Shown: positions 1 to 9,663, counted from the stretch's first letter. The stretch is 64,000 nt of DNA from Candidatus Omnitrophota bacterium (GCA_022710715.1 JAKLGJ010000003.1:25083-89082), one strand, 5' to 3'. Notes: generated by a model from the letters alone, not told the origin. Translations and numbers: made by a program.

Positions 1-225
1 TGGTCCCGTCTGCGGTTGCGGATCGTTTTGCTCCTGCACCGCGGGCTTGCGCTTTTGCGGCGCTTGAGGCTTGATCTCTACCGCCTGCGTCTCAAGCTCA
101 TCTTCGCCGGAATCAGCGCTTTCGTTTCCCCGCTCGCTCTGGTTGATCAGAAAATTGATCCCCATCATCACCAGAACGAAGAAAGCGAAACACAACACCA
201 CTATTATAATCTTTTTTTTATCCAT
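1..225 (-). CDS. membrane protein, 3' end cut by window edge
   Basis: Not in the ORF track. ATG at rc 223-225 sits 7 nt after an AAGGTGG SD. It translates MDKKKIIIVVLCFAFFVLVMMGINFL... with one TM helix and stays open to position 1. Confidence 0.4.
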   Translation of the reverse strand, partial: MDKKKIIIVVLCFAFFVLVMMGINFLINQSERGNESADSGEDELETQAVEIKPQAPQKRKPAVQEQNDPQPQTGP

Positions 226-235
226 GGCAACCACC

Positions 236-2098
236 TTATTCGACTTCTCTCCAGTACGTGCGTTTAGTCAAACCGTCCGTCGGTTCGATATACGAAGTAA
301 AATTATCCAGGTACGGGAAATACGGCGGCGCCATCCCCTGCAGCACCCGGTTATCGTAGACAAAATTACGGCCGTAACCGTGAACATTGGTGGTGCCGGA
401 GAATTGCCCGAATGCGCCGTAAAAATCCGTGATCGCTCCGCCCAGAAGCGTAACCACCCCGCGCGGGTCTCCTTCGTCATAATCGGTCACGGTGAATATC
501 CCGTGCGGAGCCATGACCACCCCGTGAATAACCAGATCGTCGGGAGCGCTGGTGCCGATCTCCACATCGCCGCCCCAGGACAATATGCCCAGCAAATTGG
601 TGAAACCGGCGCAGCTCAATTCATTTACGTCCGCGGTTGCGGGATCGTCAGGCGTAAACTCTTCATAGGTCAGATTATCGTCGATCACGATATCGCGCTC
701 CGCGGAAACGGTTACCTGGGTGTCTTTATCCACCACGCCGGACAACCCCTTGATGTCGTCATTAACATAGATGAGTATCCCTTCATCACCGGTTCCGTCG
801 GGAACTCCGGTAAGGATATGGGTACCGGTGGAATCGACCACCGTGGTCTGATTAGTGGTCGTGTTGACGGTAATAGTCGACGTGCTCGCGCCCCGGACGA
901 CGGTATACTGCGGATTGCCGCTGCCGTCGGAACCCAGGGTGATATCCGGGTTATCCGAACTTTGCCCCTGATTCCCCTTGATATAAATGCCTCCGGTCAC
1001 TGCAGTGCCGTCGGCGCACGGAGAAGCGGGATCATACGGCGGCACATAGACGCCATAAGAGCTTGCGCCGGGTTCACTCATCGTTCCCAGAGCCGCGCTC
1101 TTCAATTCATTCTGCGTGATCGAAGACGGCAGATTGATCAGATCTGCGCCGCGGGTAAAGCCGGTGTCGAACGTCGGCAGATCATGACAGTCTTCCCCCT
1201 CGCAACCCACCGGATACCGGTCGGCGTCAACTCGCTTGGAATTACCGTTGTTGTAAAAACGGGCATCGTTAAAATTCTGCGTTACTTCGTCGGTAAAGGT
1301 GCCGGAAGGGTTATTGGCGAAACTGAAGCGCTCATTGGTATGCACCGGGCCGCTGAATCTGGTGTTATTGGTAAACCAGACGGTTGTCCCTGAAGGAGTG
1401 CCGTGATGGCTGGTAAAAAGGGCAAATTTGGCGAAATTATCCCTGCGCACCACGACGTTGAATTCGCTTGACGGCGACAACGCCACGGTACGCGTCAGAT
1501 ACACATCGTCGGCGGTATTGCTGGTATTGTCGGCTCCGTCATTGAGCAACTGCGTTTTGGTCGTGCATTCCACCTTATACCTGAAAGGGAAATCGCAGGT
1601 TTCGGCGACGTTATTGCAGCAGTCGCCGCCGACGCAGGTACCCGGCAACAGAGTGATCGTGGCGCTGATCACCGGCACCAGCCGGGCCTGGCCTCCCGCA
1701 GGAGTGAAATAATCCACCTCCGCGCCCAGATCTTCAGGGGTCATGTTCAAGGTAAGCGTAGCGTTGTTTTCGTTATCCGTAAACGCGGGGCTGCCGGCGA
1801 AGTTCACCACAAAACCGAGCAGATCCGCGCTATACGGCGTATCGAACCGCTGGGTGAACTGATTCTTGGGCACCGCGCTGACATTATCCCGGAGCACCGT
1901 AGTCAGACGGCGACGCATCTCGGCAACCGCGTAATTGGCTCCCGCTTCCGCCAGATTCAGGGACTGGCCGGTATACCGTTCGCTGTTGACGCTGCGCTTT
2001 TCGGAAATGATCGAGCTCAAATACACGCCGGTCAATGCGGCAACCACCGTCATCACCAGAGAGGCGATGACCAGAAGGATACCTTTATTGTTCTTCAT
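236..2098 (-). CDS. type IV pilus assembly protein with PilX-like N-terminal domain (large minor pilin-like)
   Basis: N-terminus MKNNKGILLVIASLVMTVVAALTGVYLSS is PilX_N-like. The likely start is the internal ATG at rc 2096-2098, which has a GGAAGGAG SD 7 nt upstream and overlaps the upstream stop as TAATG. The longer ATG at 2122 lacks an SD. Confidence 0.6.
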   Translation of the reverse strand: MKNNKGILLVIASLVMTVVAALTGVYLSSIISEKRSVNSERYTGQSLNLAEAGANYAVAEMRRRLTTVLRDNVSAVPKNQFTQRFDTPYSADLLGFVVNFAGSPAFTDNENNATLTLNMTPEDLGAEVDYFTPAGGQARLVPVISATITLLPGTCVGGDCCNNVAETCDFPFRYKVECTTKTQLLNDGADNTSNTADDVYLTRTVALSPSSEFNVVVRRDNFAKFALFTSHHGTPSGTTVWFTNNTRFSGPVHTNERFSFANNPSGTFTDEVTQNFNDARFYNNGNSKRVDADRYPVGCEGEDCHDLPTFDTGFTRGADLINLPSSITQNELKSAALGTMSEPGASSYGVYVPPYDPASPCADGTAVTGGIYIKGNQGQSSDNPDITLGSDGSGNPQYTVVRGASTSTITVNTTTNQTTVVDSTGTHILTGVPDGTGDEGILIYVNDDIKGLSGVVDKDTQVTVSAERDIVIDDNLTYEEFTPDDPATADVNELSCAGFTNLLGILSWGGDVEIGTSAPDDLVIHGVVMAPHGIFTVTDYDEGDPRGVVTLLGGAITDFYGAFGQFSGTTNVHGYGRNFVYDNRVLQGMAPPYFPYLDNFTSYIEPTDGLTKRTYWREVE

Positions 2099-2715
2099 TA
2101 GAACTCTCCTTCCTCGGGCCATTCAGGTTCTGCGGTGCCGCTGGTAAACTCATTGCGTAATTCGATATCCGTAGTGACATTGTATTCCTGAAACTCGACC
2201 TCATCATCATTTGTTCTCACTACCAGCGCGAACCGTACGCGCGGGCAGGTCGTACTTACCGTAGTAGATCCGAACGTAGCGCAATCGCTGCTGGCAAACC
2301 ACTGCGCGTTCTCCACGTTATCGATAAGCGTCGAATAAACCAACTCCCCCTGCTCTCTTTTGAGCAGCTGATTGTTCACCTCGTCGAAGCGGTAGACCAC
2401 CCAGCTGGTGCCGGTATAATTCCCGTCAGCGTCGAACAACGGCCGGTAGAACAGGGTGTAATCGGAAGAATTGCCCAGATCCGTGTTCGAGATACGCACC
2501 CAGCTGGCCTTGGACTGGCGCATCTGCTTGGCCAGATCGATAATGGCCACGCGCGCCTTTGCCTGATAATCGATCTTGGCCTGCCCCCTGGTCCAGTACG
2601 TGTCGGAATGCATGAGAATGAAGAGCATGGCGCTAAGTATCCCCGTGAACAACAGCACCACCATCATCATTTCCACCAGCGTAACGCCTTTTTTCTTTCG
2701 AGCGCGCTTATTCAT
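2098..2715 (-). CDS. prepilin-type N-terminal cleavage/methylation domain protein (minor pilin / pseudopilin)
   Basis: KGVTLVEMMMVVLLFTGILSA matches the G-[FV]-T-L-[IV]-E prepilin motif followed by a hydrophobic helix. Confidence 0.65.
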   Translation of the reverse strand: MNKRARKKKGVTLVEMMMVVLLFTGILSAMLFILMHSDTYWTRGQAKIDYQAKARVAIIDLAKQMRQSKASWVRISNTDLGNSSDYTLFYRPLFDADGNYTGTSWVVYRFDEVNNQLLKREQGELVYSTLIDNVENAQWFASSDCATFGSTTVSTTCPRVRFALVVRTNDDEVEFQEYNVTTDIELRNEFTSGTAEPEWPEEGEF

Positions 2716-2717
2716 GT

Positions 2718-3290
2718 TTAATCCGTATAATTCGCCACCAGCGTGGCGGTCTCCACCTGGGAATTCAGGCGGCCGTTAATACCGCCGTACATCGCGTCAT
2801 CTTCCCCGCTATCCAGGACGCCGTTAAGATTCTGGTCTTCCCCGAATACGCGGTTGCGACTGCGAAACGCGACTGCCGCGCGGACATTTTTCAGATCGGT
2901 AAACGCCGTCGCGCCAATAGTGGCGTTGCTGATCTCCAGTACGCCGACCATAGTGCCGGAAGAGAACGTAGAGCCGTTATAAAAACACTGATTCGAACAA
3001 CTGCACGCGCAGGTGCAGGCCGAAACATTGCTTAAAGAACAATCCGGACAGCCGGTTGCCGGCGTCGCGCACGTATTTAACCGGTTGAACGGGGTAGCTT
3101 TCACCTCTTCGATCTTGGACATAAGCAATCCGTTGGACCGGGCAAGATCGCGGGAAAGATCGGTCATGGTCAGCATATTAGTATACGTCAGCAGCATTCC
3201 CGACAACGCGATCGCCAGGATGACGGCGGCGATCATCACCTCCACCAGCGTAAACCCTTTTTCCGATCGTGCAGCCTTTTTTCGGCGCAT
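2718..3290 (-). CDS. prepilin-type minor pilin (PilV-like)
   Basis: KGFTLVEVMIAAVILAIALSG is a prepilin N-terminus. Cys-rich C-terminal half. Confidence 0.65.
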   Translation of the reverse strand: MRRKKAARSEKGFTLVEVMIAAVILAIALSGMLLTYTNMLTMTDLSRDLARSNGLLMSKIEEVKATPFNRLNTCATPATGCPDCSLSNVSACTCACSCSNQCFYNGSTFSSGTMVGVLEISNATIGATAFTDLKNVRAAVAFRSRNRVFGEDQNLNGVLDSGEDDAMYGGINGRLNSQVETATLVANYTD

Positions 3291-3301
3291 CCGTCAACCC
3301 C

Positions 3302-3718
3302 TTATTCCTTCTTATCGCAATCCTCGGACACGATTACCCCGCCGGTGGTAACGGTAAATTGTTTCGTCCCGCTTAACTGGCATTTTACCGGCTCCGCATA
3401 ACAACTGTATCCCGAAGTCTCCAGCCGCGGGCAACTGAAGCTGTACCCTTTAACCACCGATTCGGAAACGTAGTCCTTATCTATGTACGCCGGCTCGCTT
3501 TTTAACAACATCGAAATAGACGAGGGATACGAACTCAAATGATCCCGCGAGTAATTCTCGATAGCCGTAGACATCAATTTCAATGTTTCAAGAGCGTTCG
3601 CCTCATTCTGCGCGCTGTTGATACGTATGATCTGAACGATAAAAAAACGCAAAAAAAGAGCGATACACGCAATAATCAGTATGAAAGTAAGAAAGCCTTT
3701 GCCGCTTTGTCCGCTCAT
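3302..3718 (-). CDS. pilin-like protein with degenerate prepilin N-terminus
   Basis: GKGFLTFILIIACIALF is followed by a NSAQNEANALETLK segment that resembles the post-helix region of the adjacent pilin. There is no Glu at position +5. Confidence 0.4.
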   Translation of the reverse strand: MSGQSGKGFLTFILIIACIALFLRFFIVQIIRINSAQNEANALETLKLMSTAIENYSRDHLSSYPSSISMLLKSEPAYIDKDYVSESVVKGYSFSCPRLETSGYSCYAEPVKCQLSGTKQFTVTTGGVIVSEDCDKKE

Positions 3719-3744
3719 CTATGGTACTCTACTCTAAAGCCGTT

Positions 3745-3788
3745 ATTAAAAAACTACCCGCACCGGTGTGGTCAGGTGCGGGTAGTTT
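3745..3788 (-). terminator. intrinsic terminator after the major pilin gene
   Basis: Perfect 14-bp stem AAACTACCCGCACC / GGTGCGGGTAGTTT with a 10-nt loop. It is followed on the minus strand by UUUUUU. Confidence 0.6.
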
Positions 3789-3808
3789 GTCTTCACAGAT
3801 GCATGCGT

Positions 3809-4279
3809 TTACTCAATCGGATCCTCGGCTGAACCGTCCCAGGGAACAGCAGTCTGGGCTCCGGGATCAGCTGCGCGGAGAACTCCCGATGTGTCGACAT
3901 AGAAGCACCTGACGCCGGTTGTACCCCAGGTGACCGGACAGGATGAAGCCGTGAATCCCTGCCAGTTGCCTGCGCCTACCGTAGCTTCGTCAATACCGGT
4001 AAGTTCGAAGTTGTAACCCTGTTTGGTACCGGCAGCCAGAATACTGTCGATGTACGGAGGTGTATCGTCGTCAAGAATAGCCAGATTGGTCGGGTATCCC
4101 TGATGCGAAGAACGATACGTATGAGCGCCGGATGAGATCGTCTTGAGTGCTGCGATCGCTGCCGATTCATTCGCCGCCAAACGGGCTCTAAGCAAGTTGG
4201 GAATTGCTATAGCCGCCAGCAACGCGATGATCGCCACAACGATCATGATTTCCACGAGCGTAAAACCTTTCCTATTCAT
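3809..4279 (-). CDS. major type IV pilin / type II secretion pseudopilin G-like protein
   Basis: MNRKGFTLVEIMIVVAIIALLAAIAIPNLLRARLAANESAAIAALK is a canonical PilA/PulG N-terminus. Confidence 0.8.
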   Translation of the reverse strand: MNRKGFTLVEIMIVVAIIALLAAIAIPNLLRARLAANESAAIAALKTISSGAHTYRSSHQGYPTNLAILDDDTPPYIDSILAAGTKQGYNFELTGIDEATVGAGNWQGFTASSCPVTWGTTGVRCFYVDTSGVLRAADPGAQTAVPWDGSAEDPIE

Positions 4280-4407
4280 GTTTCTTCCCCCTTTCTAAGA
4301 TATGATTACAGGTTGCTGCTTCTCTATAACCTTTTGTCTAATAGACAGATGACTTACAATGCCGTAGCTCGGTAGAGGTTATACAGCAGCATGAACACCT
4401 TGACTCT

Positions 4408-4436
4408 TTTATATCACCCCCTTTCCGTTTTGTCAA
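4408..4436 (-). promoter_or_regulatory. sigma70-type promoter of the pilin gene
   Basis: The minus strand reads TTGACA, then 17 nt, then TATAAA (rc of plus tgtcaa 4431-4436 and tttata 4408-4413). It lies about 125 nt upstream of the pilin ATG. Confidence 0.5.
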
Positions 4437-4582
4437 GGAAAATATGTTTGGTTTCAACAACTTAAGATATAAATTTGTTTAATTTCCTCAACACTGCTCC
4501 CCTCCGGTCAAACCGGAGGGGTTCGCTGGAAACAAAACGGCCTTAAGGTAAAACCTTAAGGCCATCTTAATAGTTTTACCCT

Positions 4583-4720
4583 CTTTGGCGGCTAGGCTAT
4601 CCGTATGCGCGAATACCAGGCGCATATGGATCCTTCGGCTTTGCTCCGTAGCCGGCCTTCGGCCGGATACGAACCCGCCAGTCTACGGCGGGGTCGCCCG
4701 ATTACTCGGGTTTTGCCTTT
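4583..4720 (+). ncRNA. candidate structured small RNA (unidentified family)
   Basis: GC-rich multi-hairpin region in a 650-bp gene-free gap. It has two cUUCGg tetraloop hairpins that are stable only in the plus-strand sense, an 11-bp stem AUCCGUAUGCG/CGCAUAUGGAU, and a closing helix UGGCGG...CCGCCA. It ends in a terminator-like CCCGAUUACUCGGG followed by UUUUGCCUUU. Confidence 0.35.
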
Positions 4721-4933
4721 ATCAGTAGGATAAAGATCTTTCTAGCTAAGCATAGCACATTCTACCCCGTTTGTCAAAGATCGAACCTCTTGATCGTCGA
4801 GCTTTAAACAAAAGAAAACATTCGCTACTCATGGTGAGAGGGTCAGTCTCAAACAAAGCATACCATAATTTTAGCCCTTTGTCAACTCATTGTTGATTTT
4901 TTATCAATTGCGATTAGAATACTTCAGGCGGGT

Positions 4934-7111
4934 TTAATTAGCGCCGGACTGACGCCTTTTATAACTTTGTGAAATGCTGAACTCGGTTTCGGGGAAAGCC
5001 TTAAGCCGGAAGATCAACCAGATAGAACTTCCTTCGTCACGATCAACGCTATACGAAACATCCATCAACCAGCAATGCAGATCACGGGATAAAGTGAATT
5101 CCTGTTCGCCGAATCCTTTCTCCAGCGAATCGGTATCGCGCAACTGATAACGCTGATACATAAAAAACTTCCATTTGGGGGTCAACCGGTAATTAAAACT
5201 GCCGGTGATCTCATTGCCCCCCTTGCGTTGATAACGCTGTCCGATCCCAACGGAACGCTCCGGGCCGAAATCATAATAAAAATCGTAGTTGGCGCCGGAA
5301 AAATAATCATACCGGTGGGAATAGGTCGCGTCGGCATCAAAACGCACACGCGTATACGGCTTTATTTCCAGGTCGCCCGTAATATCGCCGAGATAACTGC
5401 CGGCTAGACCGCCGGATTTAAAAAAGTACTGGCTGGCGAGTTTAAAGTACGCTAAATCCACGGTGGATTTGTTGCGTTTGGTCTGCAATCGGTTATCCAG
5501 CTCCAGCAACGCGGAGTTGCTTCCGGCGATAGCGTCAACTGCGTCGAGCTGCTTTAACCGGCTGGTCGGTTCAGTCGGCGTATGAAGATAGTTATAGCCG
5601 ACGGTAGGCGTGATCACATGGCGCAATCCGTTGATATCCAGACCGAAGGCGTTGCTCTGCACGTCGAAAATCCGGTAAAATTTCGTGCTGACATCGGCCC
5701 CGGTAAGGAACTGATTACGCGGCGACGCCCACATATCCCGGTTGTCGATATCGCGGTCATACAGCGTCTGGCGCATACCCGCATACGGAGTGAGGTTGAA
5801 AAAAGCCACCCGCGACGGCAAAGAAAGTTTGTTCGTGGTATCCAGCCGGTTCATGCTCACGTCCGCGCTCGCCGGAGAAGGAACCGCGTTTTTATAATTC
5901 AGGCTGGAAAAAGAACTGGAATCGCTGAAATAAAACGGGGTCTGCCCCAGCTGGATACTGGGCAGGCTGTAGTTGACTTCCGGCAGCTTCTCCAGCTGGC
6001 TGTACCAGCGGTTGACGCGTTTCTGCACCACCGTGTCGATGGTAGAATAACCGAAGGACTGATGCAGCTGCGTGTAGGATAACGGCAACGCATCCTTCTC
6101 GTATTCCCGGTAAAAATAATCCTTGAGAAAATTATGCTCGCTGCCCAGATTCGCGCGTTTGGAGTCGGTGATCCGATAAAACTCGGTAGTCAAGCTGGTG
6201 GAATCGGCTATCTGCCATTGATGACGCAACCGCACCAGGGAGCGTTCGAATTCTCCGGGCTGGTTCTCAAGCAATTCCCGGTCGCGTTCCTGGGTATAAT
6301 AAAATTTGTAATCGCCTTTGCCGTAATCTTCGGTGCGGAAATTCGCGCCCACGCCTTCCGACATACCCAGGCGGCTGCGGTAATCGAGATAGATCCTGGC
6401 GTCAAGACCGGGCATCAGGTTCGACCGCCAGGCGGAAAGCAGGTATTCGCCCCAGTCCTTGCTGCGCCCGGGCACGAATCGCACATGCATAAAAGGATCT
6501 TTCAAACTCTGGCTGTAATAAGGCAGATACGCGATCGGCAGGTTTTTGATCCGCACCGTGTCGGAATAGGTCTGGATCTTCTCCTGCGGGAGTATGCGCA
6601 CCCGCTTCATCCGAATGCGGTAATCCGGCTTGTCCATGGAGCAGGAAGAGACATAGCCGTCGTAGGCGATGAATTCGTCTTCGTTGACCATCTTGATCTC
6701 GCGGGCTATCCCGTAAAACGGATCCGACACAAAGGTGCCGTCGATCGCCTTGCCGCTTTTAGTGTTCAGATTGTAATACACCTGGCTGCCTTCCAGACGG
6801 GCCTGGGGATTCTCGATGCGCACCGTTCCTTCGGCAGTGACGTCCTTGGTTTGGGTATCCACGGTAATCTTATCGCTGGTCAGGGTGGAATCCCCATATT
6901 TGACCACCACATTGCCGGTAGCCGAAACGTGCTGCTGATCGGTCGAGTATTCCACGGTGTCGCCGTTGACGGTAACCGGTTGTTCCAGCCGGCCGGCGCC
7001 TTTGTTAACGTCCGCGGCAAAACTCGAACGAACGGCGCTCTCCCCGATGCAGAACGCCATGAGAATAGCGATTGAAAGCGTGCGAAACAGATGAGTGTAG
7101 TGTGTGGGCAT
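4934..7111 (-). CDS. lptD: LPS-assembly outer membrane protein LptD (OstA)
   Basis: Signal peptide followed by an OstA-like N-terminal domain (VTVNGDTVEYSTDQQHVSATGNVVVKYGDSTLTSDKITVD...). The long C-terminal region is beta-barrel-like, aromatic-rich and ends in an aromatic residue. Confidence 0.7.
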   Translation of the reverse strand: MPTHYTHLFRTLSIAILMAFCIGESAVRSSFAADVNKGAGRLEQPVTVNGDTVEYSTDQQHVSATGNVVVKYGDSTLTSDKITVDTQTKDVTAEGTVRIENPQARLEGSQVYYNLNTKSGKAIDGTFVSDPFYGIAREIKMVNEDEFIAYDGYVSSCSMDKPDYRIRMKRVRILPQEKIQTYSDTVRIKNLPIAYLPYYSQSLKDPFMHVRFVPGRSKDWGEYLLSAWRSNLMPGLDARIYLDYRSRLGMSEGVGANFRTEDYGKGDYKFYYTQERDRELLENQPGEFERSLVRLRHQWQIADSTSLTTEFYRITDSKRANLGSEHNFLKDYFYREYEKDALPLSYTQLHQSFGYSTIDTVVQKRVNRWYSQLEKLPEVNYSLPSIQLGQTPFYFSDSSSFSSLNYKNAVPSPASADVSMNRLDTTNKLSLPSRVAFFNLTPYAGMRQTLYDRDIDNRDMWASPRNQFLTGADVSTKFYRIFDVQSNAFGLDINGLRHVITPTVGYNYLHTPTEPTSRLKQLDAVDAIAGSNSALLELDNRLQTKRNKSTVDLAYFKLASQYFFKSGGLAGSYLGDITGDLEIKPYTRVRFDADATYSHRYDYFSGANYDFYYDFGPERSVGIGQRYQRKGGNEITGSFNYRLTPKWKFFMYQRYQLRDTDSLEKGFGEQEFTLSRDLHCWLMDVSYSVDRDEGSSIWLIFRLKAFPETEFSISQSYKRRQSGAN

Positions 7112-7120
7112 ACCCGTGAA

Positions 7121-7765
7121 TTATTTCGGGACTTTTTTCCAGTCTTCCAGGAACCGCTGCACCCCGATATCGGTTAAGGGATGCTTGATCAACTGCTCGA
7201 TCACCGCGAACGGGATAGTGGCGATATCCGCGCCGATCTTCGCGGCATCCGCCACGTGCACCGGATTGCGCACCGAGGCGACGATGATCTCGGTCTTGAA
7301 CCGGTAATTCGCGTAAATCTGCTTGATATCCCGGATCAGGTCCATCCCGGTCTGACTGATATCGTCAAGGCGGCCGATGAACGGGGAAATATAATCCGCG
7401 CCGGCCTTAGCCGCCAGCAAAGCCTGCGTGGCGGAAAAACACAAAGTAACGTTGGTTTTGATCTTTTTCGCCGCAAGCACGCGCACGGCCTTCAATCCCT
7501 CCCTGATCAGAGGGATCTTGATCACGATATTCGGGGCGATCTTCGCCAGTTCCGCGGCTTCTTTGCACATCCCGTCAGCCTCAAGACTGATCACTTCCGC
7601 GCTGACCGGCCCCTCCACCAGCGAGCAGATCTCTTTGAGCAACGCCTGCGCCGGACGGTTTTCTTTGGCGATCAGGGTAGGATTGGTGGTTACACCGTCT
7701 ATCACCCCCAGGAGCACCGCTTCCTTTATCTGCGCCACATTCGCCGTATCGATAAATATTTTCAT
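7121..7765 (-). CDS. tal: transaldolase / fructose-6-phosphate aldolase family (short Tal/Fsa type)
   Basis: [10 protein letters not shown]...GVTTNPTL...IKIP... matches the 215-aa Fsa/TalC family. Confidence 0.8.
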   Translation of the reverse strand: MKIFIDTANVAQIKEAVLLGVIDGVTTNPTLIAKENRPAQALLKEICSLVEGPVSAEVISLEADGMCKEAAELAKIAPNIVIKIPLIREGLKAVRVLAAKKIKTNVTLCFSATQALLAAKAGADYISPFIGRLDDISQTGMDLIRDIKQIYANYRFKTEIIVASVRNPVHVADAAKIGADIATIPFAVIEQLIKHPLTDIGVQRFLEDWKKVPK

Positions 7766-7767
7766 GG

Positions 7768-8685
7768 TTAGCCTCTTTCGAACAATAAAGCCGCTCCGAT
7801 CATGCCGGCCTCGTTACCCAGTTTAGCCTTGACCACTTTCACCTGTTTTGCCTGCACGATCATAGCCCGGATATAAATCGTCTCTTTGATGGTATCGAAC
7901 AGAATTTTTCCCGCGTTAGCCACGCCGCCGCCGATAACGATGCAATCGGGATTCAAAAGATTCACCACTCCCGTCAGCGCCACTCCCAGCTTCAGGCCGA
8001 CTTCCGACCACAAAGCGATGGCTTTACGGTCGCCCCGCTGCGCCCGGCGGCTCAACTCTTCCAAAGAAATCTGACGCTTGAAAACGCGTCTCGCCCGGGA
8101 CAGGATCCGTTTGTTGCCCACGTACGCCTCCAGACACCCGCTGCCGCCGCAATTACAATCCGGCCCTTCCTCGTTCACCGGCATATGGCCGATCTCGCCG
8201 GCGGCAAATCCCGAACCGCGGTACAGCGCCCCGTCGATGATCAACCCTCCGCCCACGCCGGTACCCAGCGTGATACAGACGGCGTTACGGCTGCCGCGGG
8301 CCGCGCCGCGCTTGAATTCCGCCAGGGCCATGACATTCGCGTCGTTATCGATGCGCACCGGCAACTGCAACGCCTTTTCCAGTATCCGCTCCAGAGCCAC
8401 ATCCTTCCAGCCGGGTATATTCGGAAAGAAATGCACCACGCCTTTTTCCACGTCGATCGGCCCGGGAAGCCCCATCCCCACGCCGACAACCTGCTCGCGG
8501 GAAATGCGATTCCGGGCGAGTATAGCCCGCACGGAACCGATTATCGCGGCGATAAGCGCATCTTTATTCCCCAGCGCAGTGGTGCTTAAAATATGACGGT
8601 TGATACAGCGAAGGTTTTTATTGAAGAGGGCGATTTTAAGATTGGTCCCGCCGAGATCGATACCGATGGTAAAAGTTTTAGCCAT
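7768..8685 (-). CDS. ROK family sugar kinase (glucokinase-like)
   Basis: [13 protein letters not shown] matches the ATP-binding motif. The ROK zinc motif [12 protein letters not shown] is also present. Confidence 0.75.
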   Translation of the reverse strand: MAKTFTIGIDLGGTNLKIALFNKNLRCINRHILSTTALGNKDALIAAIIGSVRAILARNRISREQVVGVGMGLPGPIDVEKGVVHFFPNIPGWKDVALERILEKALQLPVRIDNDANVMALAEFKRGAARGSRNAVCITLGTGVGGGLIIDGALYRGSGFAAGEIGHMPVNEEGPDCNCGGSGCLEAYVGNKRILSRARRVFKRQISLEELSRRAQRGDRKAIALWSEVGLKLGVALTGVVNLLNPDCIVIGGGVANAGKILFDTIKETIYIRAMIVQAKQVKVVKAKLGNEAGMIGAALLFERG

Positions 8686-8814
8686 GCACTAATTGTATAG
8701 TAGAGTCGGTTTTTTTGCAAGCATTAAATCGCGACAAACAAAAAAATGCTTGTGCCTTTCGGGTAAACCATGTTATTATTTACCCGTTAATAGCACAACC
8801 ACCAAGGAGACCCC

Positions 8815-9354
8815 ATGCGCATACACGTGCCACTCTGTTTACTGTTGATTTTAGTGTCAGCGACTTCCGCTTGTGCCGCGGCGAAAAATGAGGAAACAGT
8901 CACCATTACCACGTACTATCCCTCCCCTTATGGAGTGTATAACGTCATCCGTCTGCATCCTGACACCAAAGCCGAAGGTTCGGAATGCAAAACCGGTGAA
9001 TTATACTACGAGAACATGGGGACCTCTACCCGTCCGACCGGATTGTATTTCTGCAACGACACCGAACGCTGGGAACGCTTAAACTATAAACCCCAGTTCG
9101 AGCTGGGCGGAATGTATCAAAACGGTGAATATCCATCCGCCACATCGACCAACTGTCCAAAAGGTCCGGCGCAAAATTCCTTCACTCCGTCTCGCAACCC
9201 TTGTTGCGAACACGTCAATCCATTGAACAACAACCAATGCGGCTGCCCGGAAGGATACATTGCGGTGTGCATGGACGACGCGATCGAACCACAGGACACT
9301 GACGGACGCGACCGGCGCGACGAGACCTGCTACTGCTACAAAAAGAACTTCTAA
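8815..9354 (+). CDS. secreted Cys-rich hypothetical protein
   Basis: Signal peptide MRIHVPLCLLLILVSATSACAA, about 10 Cys, GGAGA SD upstream. Confidence 0.55.
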   Translation: MRIHVPLCLLLILVSATSACAAAKNEETVTITTYYPSPYGVYNVIRLHPDTKAEGSECKTGELYYENMGTSTRPTGLYFCNDTERWERLNYKPQFELGGMYQNGEYPSATSTNCPKGPAQNSFTPSRNPCCEHVNPLNNNQCGCPEGYIAVCMDDAIEPQDTDGRDRRDETCYCYKKNF

Positions 9355-9484
9355 ACAGAAAGCGCTTCCAAACCGAACCGTCTCTAACTGACTGATAAAA
9401 TTAGAGTTACATCACGGCTTGTTAACAAAGTCAATATCTGGCTTCCAGGCCTTGAATTCCTTCTTTCCCCCTGTTACACTTAAT

Positions 9485-9622
9485 TGGAGTTAAAGTATTC
9501 TTATCGAAAAGGGCTCCGGGGGGATTACTGGGGGCCAAAGCCACGGATCGGTAAGCATTATTCTTTTATGCGTTTCGATAACCGGGTTGCCGAAATAAGA
9601 ATCAGCGGCGACGCGGTTTTTT
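9485..9622 (+). promoter_or_regulatory. conserved structured 5' leader with intrinsic terminator (possible divergent c-di-GMP-I/GEMM-like riboswitch)
   Basis: Contains CAAAGCCACGGAUCGGUAAG and UUUCGAUAACCGGGUUGCC...GGCGACGCGGUUUUUU. Both blocks are shared with the two minus-strand leaders at 31.7 and 34.2 kb. It ends 40 nt before the ATG at 9664. Confidence 0.45.
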
Positions 9623-9663
9623 CATTTCTTACACAACAGCTCATCTACCTGGGGGGGGGAACG

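Noticed and set aside
71-1393. Long plus-strand ORF (440 aa) and many other plus-strand ORFs in GC-rich regions (e.g. 5582..6082, 6134..7075, 17179..18162, 19429..20463, 20838..21806, 25464..26402)
   Set aside because: They lie antisense to well-supported minus-strand genes (PilX-like, lptD, DUF1015, dnaJ, dnaK, clpB). They have Arg/Gly/His-rich low-complexity compositions typical of shadow ORFs in high-GC DNA, and no SD or homology signal.
4583-4720. Identification of the structured RNA as tmRNA, SRP (4.5S) RNA or RNase P RNA
   Set aside because: No tmRNA T-loop/ACCA end or tag reading frame. No SRP domain IV GGAA/AGCAGC motif. No RNase P P4 sequences. The element is kept only as an unclassified ncRNA candidate.
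9484-9663. Track N-terminus MELKYSYRKGLRGDYWGPKP... of the giant secreted protein
   Set aside because: It is a translation of the conserved leader/terminator RNA. The real start is the ATG at 9664, which has a G-rich SD and is followed by a canonical signal peptide.
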